Of a stretch of 49,763 nucleotides of DNA, positions 18,981 to 27,167 are shown piece after piece. The notes below the pieces were generated by a model. That model searched no databases. It saw nothing but the letters and a program-made list of their open reading frames with translations, and had not been told where the DNA came from. Position 1 is the stretch's first letter. Each line of letters starts with the position of its first letter. Position numbers and translations under genes: made by a program. Origin of the DNA: a virus. The stretch is from IMG/VR virus record IMGVR_UViG_3300045988_172460. One strand, written 5' to 3'.

Positions 18981-20417
18981 TTAATTGTCGAGATACCTTT
19001 CTCTTAAACTTACTTTGCTGACCATTTTGTTTAACAATTGGGTCATACTGTCAACGTCGTCGTCATGTTCCGCATTTGGGAACGCTACTAGTTCATCAAT
19101 AAAGTCATTTACCCAAGGACAAATTAAAGGGTGAGGAAGATAGATATTTCCTGCTTCCCAAAGAGGAGCAACTGCGTTGGCTCTAACTTCTTTCCCACCA
19201 TCTGGAGTCACAGGAACTATTCCAGATATCTTTTTCTTTAACATCTCAATAACAGCGGTTCCGTTTGCCTTATCCTCAATGTAAATCCCTCTGGCTTTAG
19301 GCCATTTATTACACATAACTTTGATTGCTTTCATCGTTTCAACTATGCCCATACGCTCATGATGACGGTCTAATAAATAAAAATCGGCTCTCTTCTTGCC
19401 CCATACCTGACCAGATACATAGTCAGATGTTTCGGTGTCTTTGAAAGTACAGTCCCAAGACTGAGCTTGTCTATCAAAAAGACGTGGTAAAATAACCACG
19501 TCATCGCCTAAACTTAATTCAATTTTTTTGGATAATGTTGGCACATAGAACTTAATCCATGAACGTTTGAAAATGTTACCACCTGCTGGCGTCGGTCGTT
19601 GTTGGTACAAAGCAGCCCAACCACGAGAACCAGTAACTGCTTTTGTTTTAGCAGCCCACTCCTCATCTTTCCCAATTTCAGGTGCCAACGCTTCTCCTGG
19701 TTTTCTTCCTAGTAAGTCGTCATCTTCGGCTATAGCTGGTATTTTAATTTCTTCCCAAGGCAGTGTTTGTTCTTTTAACAGACGACCTGCTAAATCATCC
19801 TCATGCCATCTAGTCATGATTACAATGACACTGGCATCCGCCGTTAAACGAGAATAGAAAGTGTCTTGCCACTCATTATATATTTTATCGCGAATTGTTT
19901 TAGATTCAGCTTCTGCTCTATTTTTTATCGGATCATCGATAATTAAAAGCCTTGCTCCACGTCCTGTTGCACCACCTAAAATAGAAGTACTGTAAAGCGA
20001 GCCTAGATGACCTTCAACTCCCCATTCACTAACAGATGAAGTTTCAGAACTTATTTGTAAGCCGAATAATTGGTCCGAAAACAAGCGGAACTTTTCGCGG
20101 TTCTTTCTGCCAAACTTTTGGAATAATTCTTTTGAATAAGAAACAACCATCACCAGACTATCTGGATTCCTCATTAAATAATAAGCTGGAAATGTCTCTG
20201 TAATTACAGTAGATTTACCGTGTTGGGGAGGTATTTCAATAATATAATACTTTTGCTCCCCATCAATTATTTTTTGAAGTCGATCTGTAATGTACTTCTG
20301 ATGTCTTAATAAATCCCATTGTTTACCATGTGACAAATAGAAGAAATCCCCATAATTTCGTCTAGCTAGTTCTTCCAATGCAGCGTTAGCTAATGCATCA
20401 AGTTGCTCTTGGTCCAT
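18981..20417 (-). CDS. terL: Terminase large subunit
   Basis: 478 aa. Walker A-like PQHGKST, Walker B-like LLIIDDP, C-terminal nuclease-like acidic motifs (EHDDDVDS). Confidence 0.85.
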   Translation of the reverse strand: MDQEQLDALANAALEELARRNYGDFFYLSHGKQWDLLRHQKYITDRLQKIIDGEQKYYIIEIPPQHGKSTVITETFPAYYLMRNPDSLVMVVSYSKELFQKFGRKNREKFRLFSDQLFGLQISSETSSVSEWGVEGHLGSLYSTSILGGATGRGARLLIIDDPIKNRAEAESKTIRDKIYNEWQDTFYSRLTADASVIVIMTRWHEDDLAGRLLKEQTLPWEEIKIPAIAEDDDLLGRKPGEALAPEIGKDEEWAAKTKAVTGSRGWAALYQQRPTPAGGNIFKRSWIKFYVPTLSKKIELSLGDDVVILPRLFDRQAQSWDCTFKDTETSDYVSGQVWGKKRADFYLLDRHHERMGIVETMKAIKVMCNKWPKARGIYIEDKANGTAVIEMLKKKISGIVPVTPDGGKEVRANAVAPLWEAGNIYLPHPLICPWVNDFIDELVAFPNAEHDDDVDSMTQLLNKMVSKVSLRERYLDN

Positions 20418-21123
20418 TTGCTAATCGCCTCAATTCTTCTTCCGACAAATTCGCAAGCGGATTAACATCCACTTTTCCGCTATGCTGTATCTGGTCAATT
20501 GCTTTAAAGCCACCTCGGTCTAAAATGTCTTGGAAAATAGATTTCTTTAGACTCTGTAATTTTTCCCATTCCTTGGCATCAAGATAACGAGATTGATGCT
20601 TTGACAATTCATTTAGTAACAAAACTCTTTCAAGATTCAGTTCAAAATATTCTTTTTTTATGGAGTCAATCTGCTCTAAAAGACTTCTTTTGTGGCTTCG
20701 CATTTCTTTCTTTCGACCATCAATAGCATCTGCTTCCTTTTGTACTTTTTCTAAGTCGTTATTAGCCTTAAGCATTTCGAGCTCTAAATCGCTAAGTTCA
20801 GACTTTATTTTATCAATTGCTATCTCAGCTTCGTTGTGAGCTTGTATTTTCCCTTCAGTTTGCATTGCTATATCTAACAGCATTGAAAAACTACGCAATC
20901 CCTCGTCCTTCATACGATCGCGTAGTCTTTTCATTTCCAATTGAATTTTTTCTTTAATGTAAGCATTTGTTAATAGCTTGTGTCCTTGTTGTCTAGCTGT
21001 CTTTTGAGAATAACCCACTTTGATTGCTGATTGTGTTGCATTAAAAGTTTGCAGATAACAGTCAACAAACAAGTCATATCTCTCTTTTGTTTTATTTGAT
21101 GGCTCTTTTTCACTTCTTGCCAT
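20398..21123 (-). CDS. terS: Terminase small subunit
   Basis: ATG at 21123 with GGGGAGGTG upstream. N-terminal HTH-like YDLFVDCYLQTFNATQSAIKVGYSQKTARQQGHKLL. Overlaps the terL start. Confidence 0.7.
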   Translation of the reverse strand: MARSEKEPSNKTKERYDLFVDCYLQTFNATQSAIKVGYSQKTARQQGHKLLTNAYIKEKIQLEMKRLRDRMKDEGLRSFSMLLDIAMQTEGKIQAHNEAEIAIDKIKSELSDLELEMLKANNDLEKVQKEADAIDGRKKEMRSHKRSLLEQIDSIKKEYFELNLERVLLLNELSKHQSRYLDAKEWEKLQSLKKSIFQDILDRGGFKAIDQIQHSGKVDVNPLANLSEEELRRLANGPRAT

Positions 21124-21137
21124 TGACCGCACCTCCC

Positions 21138-21350
21138 CTAACTTCTAAGTATTTTATCAGCTTCAATAAGAGTTTTTAGATCACTAACTGAAGTTAGTTT
21201 GATTTCGCCATTTTTAAGATTTTTTAACCATTGGGCCATTGTAGCTCTTATTATTTTTCGATATTGTTCATAATCTTCGGCATCTTCAAATTCTTTCTCT
21301 AATTCCAAACCTAAAATATCAATTTTTTCATGTTCTTCTTTTGTTCCCAT
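21138..21350 (-). CDS. Small hypothetical protein, first gene of the late operon
   Basis: Start trimmed to the ATG at 21350 (MGTKEEHEK...). The longer ORF-track start would run through the nested inverted repeat. Confidence 0.5.
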   Translation of the reverse strand: MGTKEEHEKIDILGLELEKEFEDAEDYEQYRKIIRATMAQWLKNLKNGEIKLTSVSDLKTLIEADKILRS

Positions 21351-21355
21351 TGTTA

Positions 21356-21442
21356 AAACACCCCGCATTTGATAAAATGCTAAAAGACACAGAGGGTGTC
21401 GAAAATCCACGCGTGGGAATTCTCTGTGTCTTCGGGGTGTTT
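21356..21442 (-). promoter_or_regulatory. Nested inverted repeat just upstream of the late/packaging operon
   Basis: Outer 10-bp stem AAACACCCCG (21356..21365) pairs with CGGGGTGTTT (21433..21442). Inner 10-11-bp stem AGACACAGAG (21385..21394) pairs with CTCTGTGTCT (21422..21431). Apical palindrome CCACGCGTGG (21407..21416). Confidence 0.6.
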
Positions 21443-21458
21443 GTATCCTGAGGAATTA

Positions 21459-21488
21459 GTCGAGTGTTAGCTGCACTCGGCTTTTTTT
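21459..21488 (+). terminator. Hairpin followed by T7 on the plus strand
   Basis: gtCGAGTGt-tagct-gCACTCGgc then TTTTTTT on the plus strand. The minus-strand reading lacks a U tract. Confidence 0.45.
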
Positions 21489-21490
21489 AT

Positions 21491-22759
21491 TTATTCTACA
21501 AGTTCTGCAATGATACCTGTTGATTTTTCAAAGCGTTCTATGATTACATCACAGAAGAGTGGATCTAATTCAAGCGTATAACAGATACGATTTAACTGTT
21601 CACAAGTCATTAATGTACTTCCTGAACCACCAAATAGATCTAAAACAATATCTTGTCTTTTAGAGCTATTTCTAACTGGTATCGCAATAAGTGATAATGG
21701 CTTTTGTGTAGGATGATAGTAAGTTGCTACATCATCTCTTGGTACTTTCCAAATAGTAGCTGGTAAATCTTCTACTAGATCATCTTGCCAAACGGTCGTT
21801 TGTTTCCTATCACCGTACCAGGCAGGTGCCTGTTTTTTCTTATGAGCATAGAAAACTGGCTCATGTTGCCATCTATATTGACTCCACCCAAACGTAGCAT
21901 TATTTTTTACCCATATGCATTGGGAACGGACAAAAATTCCAGCAGCGTTCATGCTGTTTTCAAATTCACGTTGATAAGATGATCCGTGGAACACATAAAT
22001 CGCTGAGTCATCTCTCATTGCATGAGAATAGTTTTGAAATACTGACATCAAGAATTGGTCGAACTCTTCATCACTCATGTCATCATTCATAATTTTCTCC
22101 CGACCAGATTCGTTTAATTCTTTATTGTCAGATTTTACTGCTACGTTATAAGGTGGATCAGTCACAACTAGATTTGCTTTTTTCCCTTGTAATAACTTTT
22201 CAACATCCGAAGGCTTTGTCGCGTCGCCACACAATAGATAATGATTACCAAGTTTCCATAATTGGCCCAATTTAGTTTTAGCTTCAGGATGATTTTCTAT
22301 GAACTCATTAACTTGAAAATCATCTTCAATAATCGGTTTCTCAATATCTTCTTCATAATTGAAAGAAGCGAGCAAGCTATCTACTTCCTCAGTGTCAAAA
22401 CCAGTCAGATTAACAGCTTCATCATCTAATTCATTTAATAAAATAGAGAGTTTTTCTTCATTCCACCGACCAGAAATCTTATTGAGAGCCACGTTGAGCG
22501 CTTTTTCTTTATCGAGAGGTAAATCTACGACGGATACCTCTATTTCATTAAACAAGCCCAGTTCTTTGGCAACAGCGACACGTTGATGTCCACCAACTAA
22601 GTTACCTGTTTGAATATTGTAAATCGGAGGATCTACGAATCCAAATTCTAGGATAGATTGTTTTAGCTTCTCATACTCTTGCATTCCTGGTTTTAAATCA
22701 ACTCTTGGATTGTAGTCAGCTGCTTTCAGATCAGATAATTTCATTTTTTCTATTTGCAT
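21491..22759 (-). CDS. ParB-like domain fused to an N6/N4 DNA methyltransferase (beta class)
   Basis: 422 aa. N-terminal ParB-like ...LVGGHQRVAVAKELG. Catalytic DPPY (VVTDPPYNV) precedes the SAM motif LDLFGGSGST. Confidence 0.8.
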   Translation of the reverse strand: MQIEKMKLSDLKAADYNPRVDLKPGMQEYEKLKQSILEFGFVDPPIYNIQTGNLVGGHQRVAVAKELGLFNEIEVSVVDLPLDKEKALNVALNKISGRWNEEKLSILLNELDDEAVNLTGFDTEEVDSLLASFNYEEDIEKPIIEDDFQVNEFIENHPEAKTKLGQLWKLGNHYLLCGDATKPSDVEKLLQGKKANLVVTDPPYNVAVKSDNKELNESGREKIMNDDMSDEEFDQFLMSVFQNYSHAMRDDSAIYVFHGSSYQREFENSMNAAGIFVRSQCIWVKNNATFGWSQYRWQHEPVFYAHKKKQAPAWYGDRKQTTVWQDDLVEDLPATIWKVPRDDVATYYHPTQKPLSLIAIPVRNSSKRQDIVLDLFGGSGSTLMTCEQLNRICYTLELDPLFCDVIIERFEKSTGIIAELVE

Positions 22760-22781
22760 GTTTTTTCTCCTTTAAACAAAT

Positions 22782-22806
22782 AAAAAAGCCTAATTAGGCT
22801 TTTTTA
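22782..22806. terminator. Bidirectional terminator (A6-palindrome-T6)
   Basis: AAAAAAGCCTAATTAGGCTTTTTT is a perfect palindrome with flanking A and T runs. Overlaps the stop of ORF 22804..23073. Confidence 0.7.
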
Positions 22807-23073
22807 GATAATAGTTAATAAGTATTCTTGTTCAAGACAGTTTTTAATTTCAATCGCAGCTATTTCTGCTTCTTTATATCTTTCTAATAATTTTTGATAC
22901 TCATCTATACCCAACTCCGTATATGCTTTAGGGTTAATAGATAAAATATAAGCATTTTCTTGATTCGGCATATTAACAAAATTAATCGATACCGAATCAT
23001 TATTTTCTAAGATTACGTTAATTTCTTGTTCGTTAATCACTACTGTATAATTCTCATTTCCAAATTGTTTCAT
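22804..23073 (-). CDS. Hypothetical protein
   Basis: Start trimmed to the ATG at 23073 (MKQFGNENY...) with GGAGGGAATAAG upstream. 89 aa. Confidence 0.6.
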   Translation of the reverse strand: MKQFGNENYTVVINEQEINVILENNDSVSINFVNMPNQENAYILSINPKAYTELGIDEYQKLLERYKEAEIAAIEIKNCLEQEYLLTII

Positions 23074-23174
23074 CTTATTCCCTCCAAAAATGTAATAATC
23101 CCTCATCTAGGTGTGTCTATATAACCATAGTATTAGATACTTGTACAGTCATCATAGAACATTTATCAACTTAA

Positions 23175-23378
23175 TTATGGTATATGTGATTTGAAATTAT
23201 TCTGAATGTGATAATCCTTAAAAAAGCCATATCCAATGTAAATTAAATCTAGCTTTCTAGACATTTTTTTACTAACAGGTCGTATACATTCAACAATTGC
23301 AAAGTCACGATTTAATTTTACTTCTCGAGTTATTTTTGGTGGGTAATTTTTACTTAAACTTATGTACCAGTAATTCAT
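23175..23378 (-). CDS. Hypothetical protein
   Basis: 67 aa with an AGGGGA SD-like box. No motif recognised. Confidence 0.5.
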   Translation of the reverse strand: MNYWYISLSKNYPPKITREVKLNRDFAIVECIRPVSKKMSRKLDLIYIGYGFFKDYHIQNNFKSHIP

Positions 23379-23569
23379 AATGTATCCCCTATTTAAATTT
23401 GTGTGGAACGCCTAGCCGAATCCACACTGAATAACAATACTAGGTTGCTTGCCTTTTCCTGTTTCCGCAGGCAGGCACTTTGAAAGGAAGGAGTGAAAAT
23501 CGTGTGTCACAGTAGTAGAAACATTTATTGACATATACCGATTTTTTATTTAAGTGGTTTCCCACTTAT

Positions 23570-23653
23570 TGACGTGACAGGAGTCGAACCTGCACAAGCA
23601 ATCACACACCATTGATTAAAAATCAACTGCTCTACCTATTGAGCTACACGTCT
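23570..23653 (-). tRNA. Atypical tRNA-like gene, anticodon UUU (Lys) by position, 17-nt variable region, A1-A72 mismatch
   Basis: Minus strand: AGACGTG-TA-GCTC-AATAGGTA-GAGC-A-GTTGA-TTTTTAA-TCAAT-GGTGTGTGATTGCTTGT-GCAGG-TTCGACT-CCTGT-CACGTCA-A. The D arm and T loop are canonical. Confidence 0.55.
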
Positions 23654-23683
23654 ACCTAATTTACTCGTAATTTGTAGAAAATT

Positions 23684-23719
23684 AGAGGAGGAGGAACACC
23701 TCCTCTCTTGTTTTTTTTT
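23684..23719. other. GA/CT-rich hairpin with T9 on the plus strand and A9 on the minus strand
   Basis: GAGGAGG-aaca-CCTCCTC, then tcttg and TTTTTTTTT on the plus strand. Strand of action unclear. Confidence 0.35.
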
Positions 23720-23812
23720 ACAAGTAAATATTATTAAGCTACTCTACCAACTTAGAATAGGAGAATTTTACCTCTCACCTATAGGTGGGAATGGTTTACA
23801 AAAAAATGAAAT

Positions 23813-24397
23813 TTAAAATAATGAAATCTGATGTCCATATTCGAAATAAGCATCAATTTTATTCCTAATTCGTTGTGACATGGATTTAGCAGTCCCTACT
23901 TTAATATCCATTTTTTCAGCAGCTTCTGCATAAGTAAGTTGCTGATTATGGATATAATCAAACAAATCACGTTCTCTCTCGCTAAACGTTGATAACAACT
24001 CTTTAAGTTGAATCAACATCTCTTGTTTCTCTTCAGTAATAGGGTAATTACGTGCAGATTCATACTGGTTACAATAAATTTCGTATGATATCTTATCCAT
24101 ATTTGTAATATGTTTAGCTCTGCGATATTTAGGTATTTTTTTTGCTGCCTCCTCATCAAGAGGTCGCTCAATTCCATGTTCAAGCCAATATAACGCATAT
24201 TTGGTAGATGAAATAATTTCAGCATAAATGGACTGTTCCTTTATATCTTCTGCAGTGCGGTCATCAATTGTTTCTAATCTGCCATTTTTTTCAATTTGAT
24301 ACTTCTTCTTTGCAATTCGTCGATGCTGACGACTTGCGTCTTTTAAATCAGACTTATATTCCTGAATCAAAATCTCTCTTCCGTGTTGGTCTAACAT
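23813..24397 (-). CDS. ArpU-like late-gene transcriptional regulator (sigma region-4-like HTH)
   Basis: Start trimmed to the ATG at 24397 (MLDQHGREI...) with AAGGAG 10 nt upstream. C-terminal ERERDLFDYIHNQQLTYAEAAEKMDIKVGTAKSMSQRI. Confidence 0.65.
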   Translation of the reverse strand: MLDQHGREILIQEYKSDLKDASRQHRRIAKKKYQIEKNGRLETIDDRTAEDIKEQSIYAEIISSTKYALYWLEHGIERPLDEEAAKKIPKYRRAKHITNMDKISYEIYCNQYESARNYPITEEKQEMLIQLKELLSTFSERERDLFDYIHNQQLTYAEAAEKMDIKVGTAKSMSQRIRNKIDAYFEYGHQISLF

Positions 24398-24440
24398 CGG
24401 CGAATCGCTCCTTCTAATAAAAATACAAAAAGACACCTAA

Positions 24441-24463
24441 CCAATGTGTAAAAACACAATTGG
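24441..24463 (-). terminator. Hairpin plus U-rich tail upstream of the late regulator gene
   Basis: Minus strand CCAATTGTGT-tttt-ACACATTGG (one bulge), then TTAGGTGTCTTTTTGTATTTTT. Confidence 0.45.
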
Positions 24464-24497
24464 TCAGATGTCTTCTAGTATGTCTAGTCAGACTATA

Positions 24498-24686
24498 TTA
24501 AAATTTTTCTTTAATTTTTTGTTCAATAAACGTTACTTTACCAGCATGAGATATTACTTCAACAATTCCATGTTCAGGCAGATCGGCTACTTTTGTTTGC
24601 CCGTTGCTAACTAGTATTATAACATGCTTTCCATCAAAATTCTCTAATTCGGATAGTTTGGCTGGCTTAAAGTCCACATAATCCAC
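24498..24686 (-). CDS. Hypothetical protein
   Basis: About 60 aa. GTG start, with the exact start codon uncertain (two GTGs near the AGAGGTGG box). Confidence 0.45.
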   Translation of the reverse strand: MDYVDFKPAKLSELENFDGKHVIILVSNGQTKVADLPEHGIVEVISHAGKVTFIEQKIKEKF

Positions 24687-24777
24687 CTCTGATTATTTTT
24701 TCTTCATATTTATCGTTCCATTGGCCACTGCTTTTTCTTGCAAGCGACGCTTTTTCTTTTTAATTTTTGATTTTTTC

Positions 24778-24969
24778 TTACCAATGTTGCACCTCCAGTG
24801 TAATTGGTCTGCCATATTTTAAAATTTTCCATTCGCCATTATAGTGTTTGTTATAAAAATCTGCATTACGCTTAGCATCTGATAATGTGTAAAACGTTCT
24901 TCTCATGTATTCAACATAAATGCCATCGACTTGTCGCCCTAAAATATAAACTTCTGGATAACTTAGCAT
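24778..24969 (-). CDS. Hypothetical protein
   Basis: 63 aa with a GAAGGAG SD. Confidence 0.6.
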   Translation of the reverse strand: MLSYPEVYILGRQVDGIYVEYMRRTFYTLSDAKRNADFYNKHYNGEWKILKYGRPITLEVQHW

Positions 24970-25280
24970 TGTTGTTCTCCTTCAAGAGATATAGTCGCAC
25001 CAGTGATTTTTAAGCCAATTAGTTTACTTAAAACCATGATTGCTTCATCTACTAGCAATCCATCTCTTTGAATAGAACTGGCACATGTAAAGCGGTTCAT
25101 TCTTACAATTTCGTCCACTGTTACAGGATATGGAATAGTAACGTCTACTTTTTCGGCAATTTGTTCAATGGCTTGAACATGAGCTTTATTCGCTGCTAAA
25201 ATATACTGACCTGTTCTAGCGGATTCTTTAACTAGCTCTGTCGTCTTCCCAGTTCCTCGACCTTTAGCAATAATTTTCAT
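24963..25280 (-). CDS. Small P-loop-like protein
   Basis: 105 aa, GAGGAGG SD, Walker A-like GRGTGKTT at the N-terminus. Confidence 0.55.
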   Translation of the reverse strand: MKIIAKGRGTGKTTELVKESARTGQYILAANKAHVQAIEQIAEKVDVTIPYPVTVDEIVRMNRFTCASSIQRDGLLVDEAIMVLSKLIGLKITGATISLEGEQQC

Positions 25281-25766
25281 TTATTTGACCTCCTCACTTA
25301 ATCCCCAAAAAGGCTTTAAATTGTAAAACTTTTCAACTTCTCGATTTAAAGATCGCACCATACTTTCTAAGACAGTTGCTCGTGTTCCTAACGTGACATT
25401 TTGCTTTTTCGCTTTTTTAACACTTGTAATACCTAAGTTGTGCCTTAGTTCAGAAAAAATTAGTATTCCCTGATTGCTATATTTCCATTTTAAATCTGGA
25501 TTGGCTTGAATCTTTTCCCATAATTCGTTAGTGACAACTAAATAGTTATAATCACCTAAAAACGTCTGTTTCGCAGAACTTTTCAAGTCTGCCATTGTAA
25601 CTTTAATTTCATAGCATCTAATGGTGTTGTCAGTAGAATAAGTCATAAAGTCGACTCTTTCCTTGCCAAACCAGCCAATGGTTACCTCAAAACAGCCGAA
25701 TACTCCCATTTTGTTGGTATAGTGCCACAAGCATTTCTCAGCTTGTCTGGTTAAATCAGTTTTCAT
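25281..25766 (-). CDS. PD-(D/E)xK-type nuclease-like protein (MmcB-like)
   Basis: 161 aa. ...GKERVDFMTY...IRCYEIKVT fits a D...E-x-K core. Confidence 0.5.
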   Translation of the reverse strand: MKTDLTRQAEKCLWHYTNKMGVFGCFEVTIGWFGKERVDFMTYSTDNTIRCYEIKVTMADLKSSAKQTFLGDYNYLVVTNELWEKIQANPDLKWKYSNQGILIFSELRHNLGITSVKKAKKQNVTLGTRATVLESMVRSLNREVEKFYNLKPFWGLSEEVK

Positions 25767-25779
25767 TAGTTACCTACTT

Positions 25780-26394
25780 TCACTTAATTCCTAAGACGAC
25801 ATAACCATCTTGTTGGGCATAATCTGTAATGTAGGTTATTTCTGCGACATGGACATCACCTGTATATTGTCCGTCTTGATATTCGTTTAAGCGTAAGATA
25901 TCGCCTTTTTTATAGTTACGGTCATTCTTACGGATTTCAAAACGTTTATTACCTGAAACAACTGCTTCAAAGTATTCTGGTAAAATTTTAAGCTCGTGAA
26001 TGGTTTGCTCTTTCTCGACTTCGTAGCCGTTGTCAATGGCGCTCATTAGTTTTACTTTATTTTTTGGAACTGTAAGCCAGCTCTCTATTTTTTCAGTTAA
26101 AAACGAGTATTCTTCATCATAGTACCGCTCTAACTGTCTGCCGATGAACGTCATGAAAACAGCACCAGAATTTAACTTAACATTACTGATTTGACCTCTT
26201 AAACCATCAAGCCAATCTGCCACAAATTTCTCTTCATGTGAAAATATGACTTTTCCCTGTACTTTGAGTTCTTTTATGACCTCAATTGCTGCATTTACTC
26301 CATCGTCATAACCTCTTGACCATTCATCTTCTGCATCGCAGCCTCCGATATCATAGAGCGCTTGAATTAAATCTTCTTTTTCTTGTTTATTCAT
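25780..26394 (-). CDS. Two-domain protein with a C-terminal ASCH/PUA-like (DUF3850-like) domain
   Basis: 204 aa. C-terminus HELKILPEYFEAVVSGNKRFEIRKNDRNYKKGDILRLNEY. Confidence 0.55.
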   Translation of the reverse strand: MNKQEKEDLIQALYDIGGCDAEDEWSRGYDDGVNAAIEVIKELKVQGKVIFSHEEKFVADWLDGLRGQISNVKLNSGAVFMTFIGRQLERYYDEEYSFLTEKIESWLTVPKNKVKLMSAIDNGYEVEKEQTIHELKILPEYFEAVVSGNKRFEIRKNDRNYKKGDILRLNEYQDGQYTGDVHVAEITYITDYAQQDGYVVLGIK

Positions 26395-26603
26395 CGCTGT
26401 TCCTCCACTTCGTTAAATCCGCAAACTAATGAGTTCATGTTCCAAATGCCGCCGCCTTCAAGTGCAACTTTTCTTTTGTCTTTCTCAGGAAATTCAAGAA
26501 TCAACCCTTTTCCTAATACTGATTTCACTACTAAGAATTGATTAGTATATTCGGGAATTGCTGTACCAATATACTTCACTTTGTCACCTTGTTTAATAAC
26601 CAT
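26391..26603 (-). CDS. Hypothetical protein
   Basis: 70 aa with an AGGAGG SD. Confidence 0.6.
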   Translation of the reverse strand: MVIKQGDKVKYIGTAIPEYTNQFLVVKSVLGKGLILEFPEKDKRKVALEGGGIWNMNSLVCGFNEVEEQR

Positions 26604-26616
26604 AGCTGTTTTCCTC

Positions 26617-26865
26617 CTAAAATTTCAGACTGTCGCCGATCATTTTATTTAATTCATAAAGGACTTCGTGTGGCAACACAGCTTGTACATTGACGCCAGT
26701 TTCATCACATTTAATATCTAACGTGTAATTAATACCCGTCTCCCGATTTTTACGATAGGCTTCTTTTTCAAGATAAACCTTGTATAAATGCCTACCATTG
26801 ACAACAATATTCTTTTGTTGCACATTATTGCTGACGTTCTCGTCATACGTTACTTCATAACTCAT
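26617..26865 (-). CDS. Hypothetical protein
   Basis: Start trimmed to the ATG at 26865 (MSYEVTY...) with AGGAGGAA upstream. ATGA overlap with the upstream stop. Confidence 0.6.
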   Translation of the reverse strand: MSYEVTYDENVSNNVQQKNIVVNGRHLYKVYLEKEAYRKNRETGINYTLDIKCDETGVNVQAVLPHEVLYELNKMIGDSLKF

Positions 26866-27167
26866 TCCGCTTCCTCCTGTTCTAGCACCCAAACTTTTAA
26901 ACTATCTAACACTTGAAAGAATTCTCTGGCAGGTAACCCCCATCTTTTTTCATAATCAACTAAACTAAAGAAGATACCGTCATGCGCATTGCCAAATTTT
27001 TTATAAGCACGTTTTAATAGTTCGAGGTATTTCTGCTGATTTTCGTTGAGTTCTTGTTCATCAGATAAATCGTATATCTGTTTTCCGTAAGAAAATTGTT
27101 TGCCTGGTTCCATATATTCATGCGTTAAATCAAATGCTAAATCGTTTATTTTGCTTAATTTATTCAT
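26862..27167 (-). CDS. Hypothetical protein
   Basis: 101 aa with a GGAGG SD. Confidence 0.6.
   Translation of the reverse strand: MNKLSKINDLAFDLTHEYMEPGKQFSYGKQIYDLSDEQELNENQQKYLELLKRAYKKFGNAHDGIFFSLVDYEKRWGLPAREFFQVLDSLKVWVLEQEEAE

Noticed and set aside
23488-23517. Plus-strand mini-ORF (GTG TGT CAC AGT AGT AGA AAC ATT TAT TGA) behind a very strong GGAAGGAGTG box
   Set aside because: It has only 9 codons, I found no plus-strand promoter, and the purine box is equally well explained as the complement of a pyrimidine-rich stretch in the minus-strand transcript.
24687-24777. Lys-rich open frame (KKKSKIKKKKRRLQEKAVANGTINMKKK) after the stop of ORF 24778..24969, as possible read-through or a small ORF
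   Set aside because: It has no start codon or SD and is in a different frame from the upstream stop context. An A-rich intergenic spacer is the simpler explanation.
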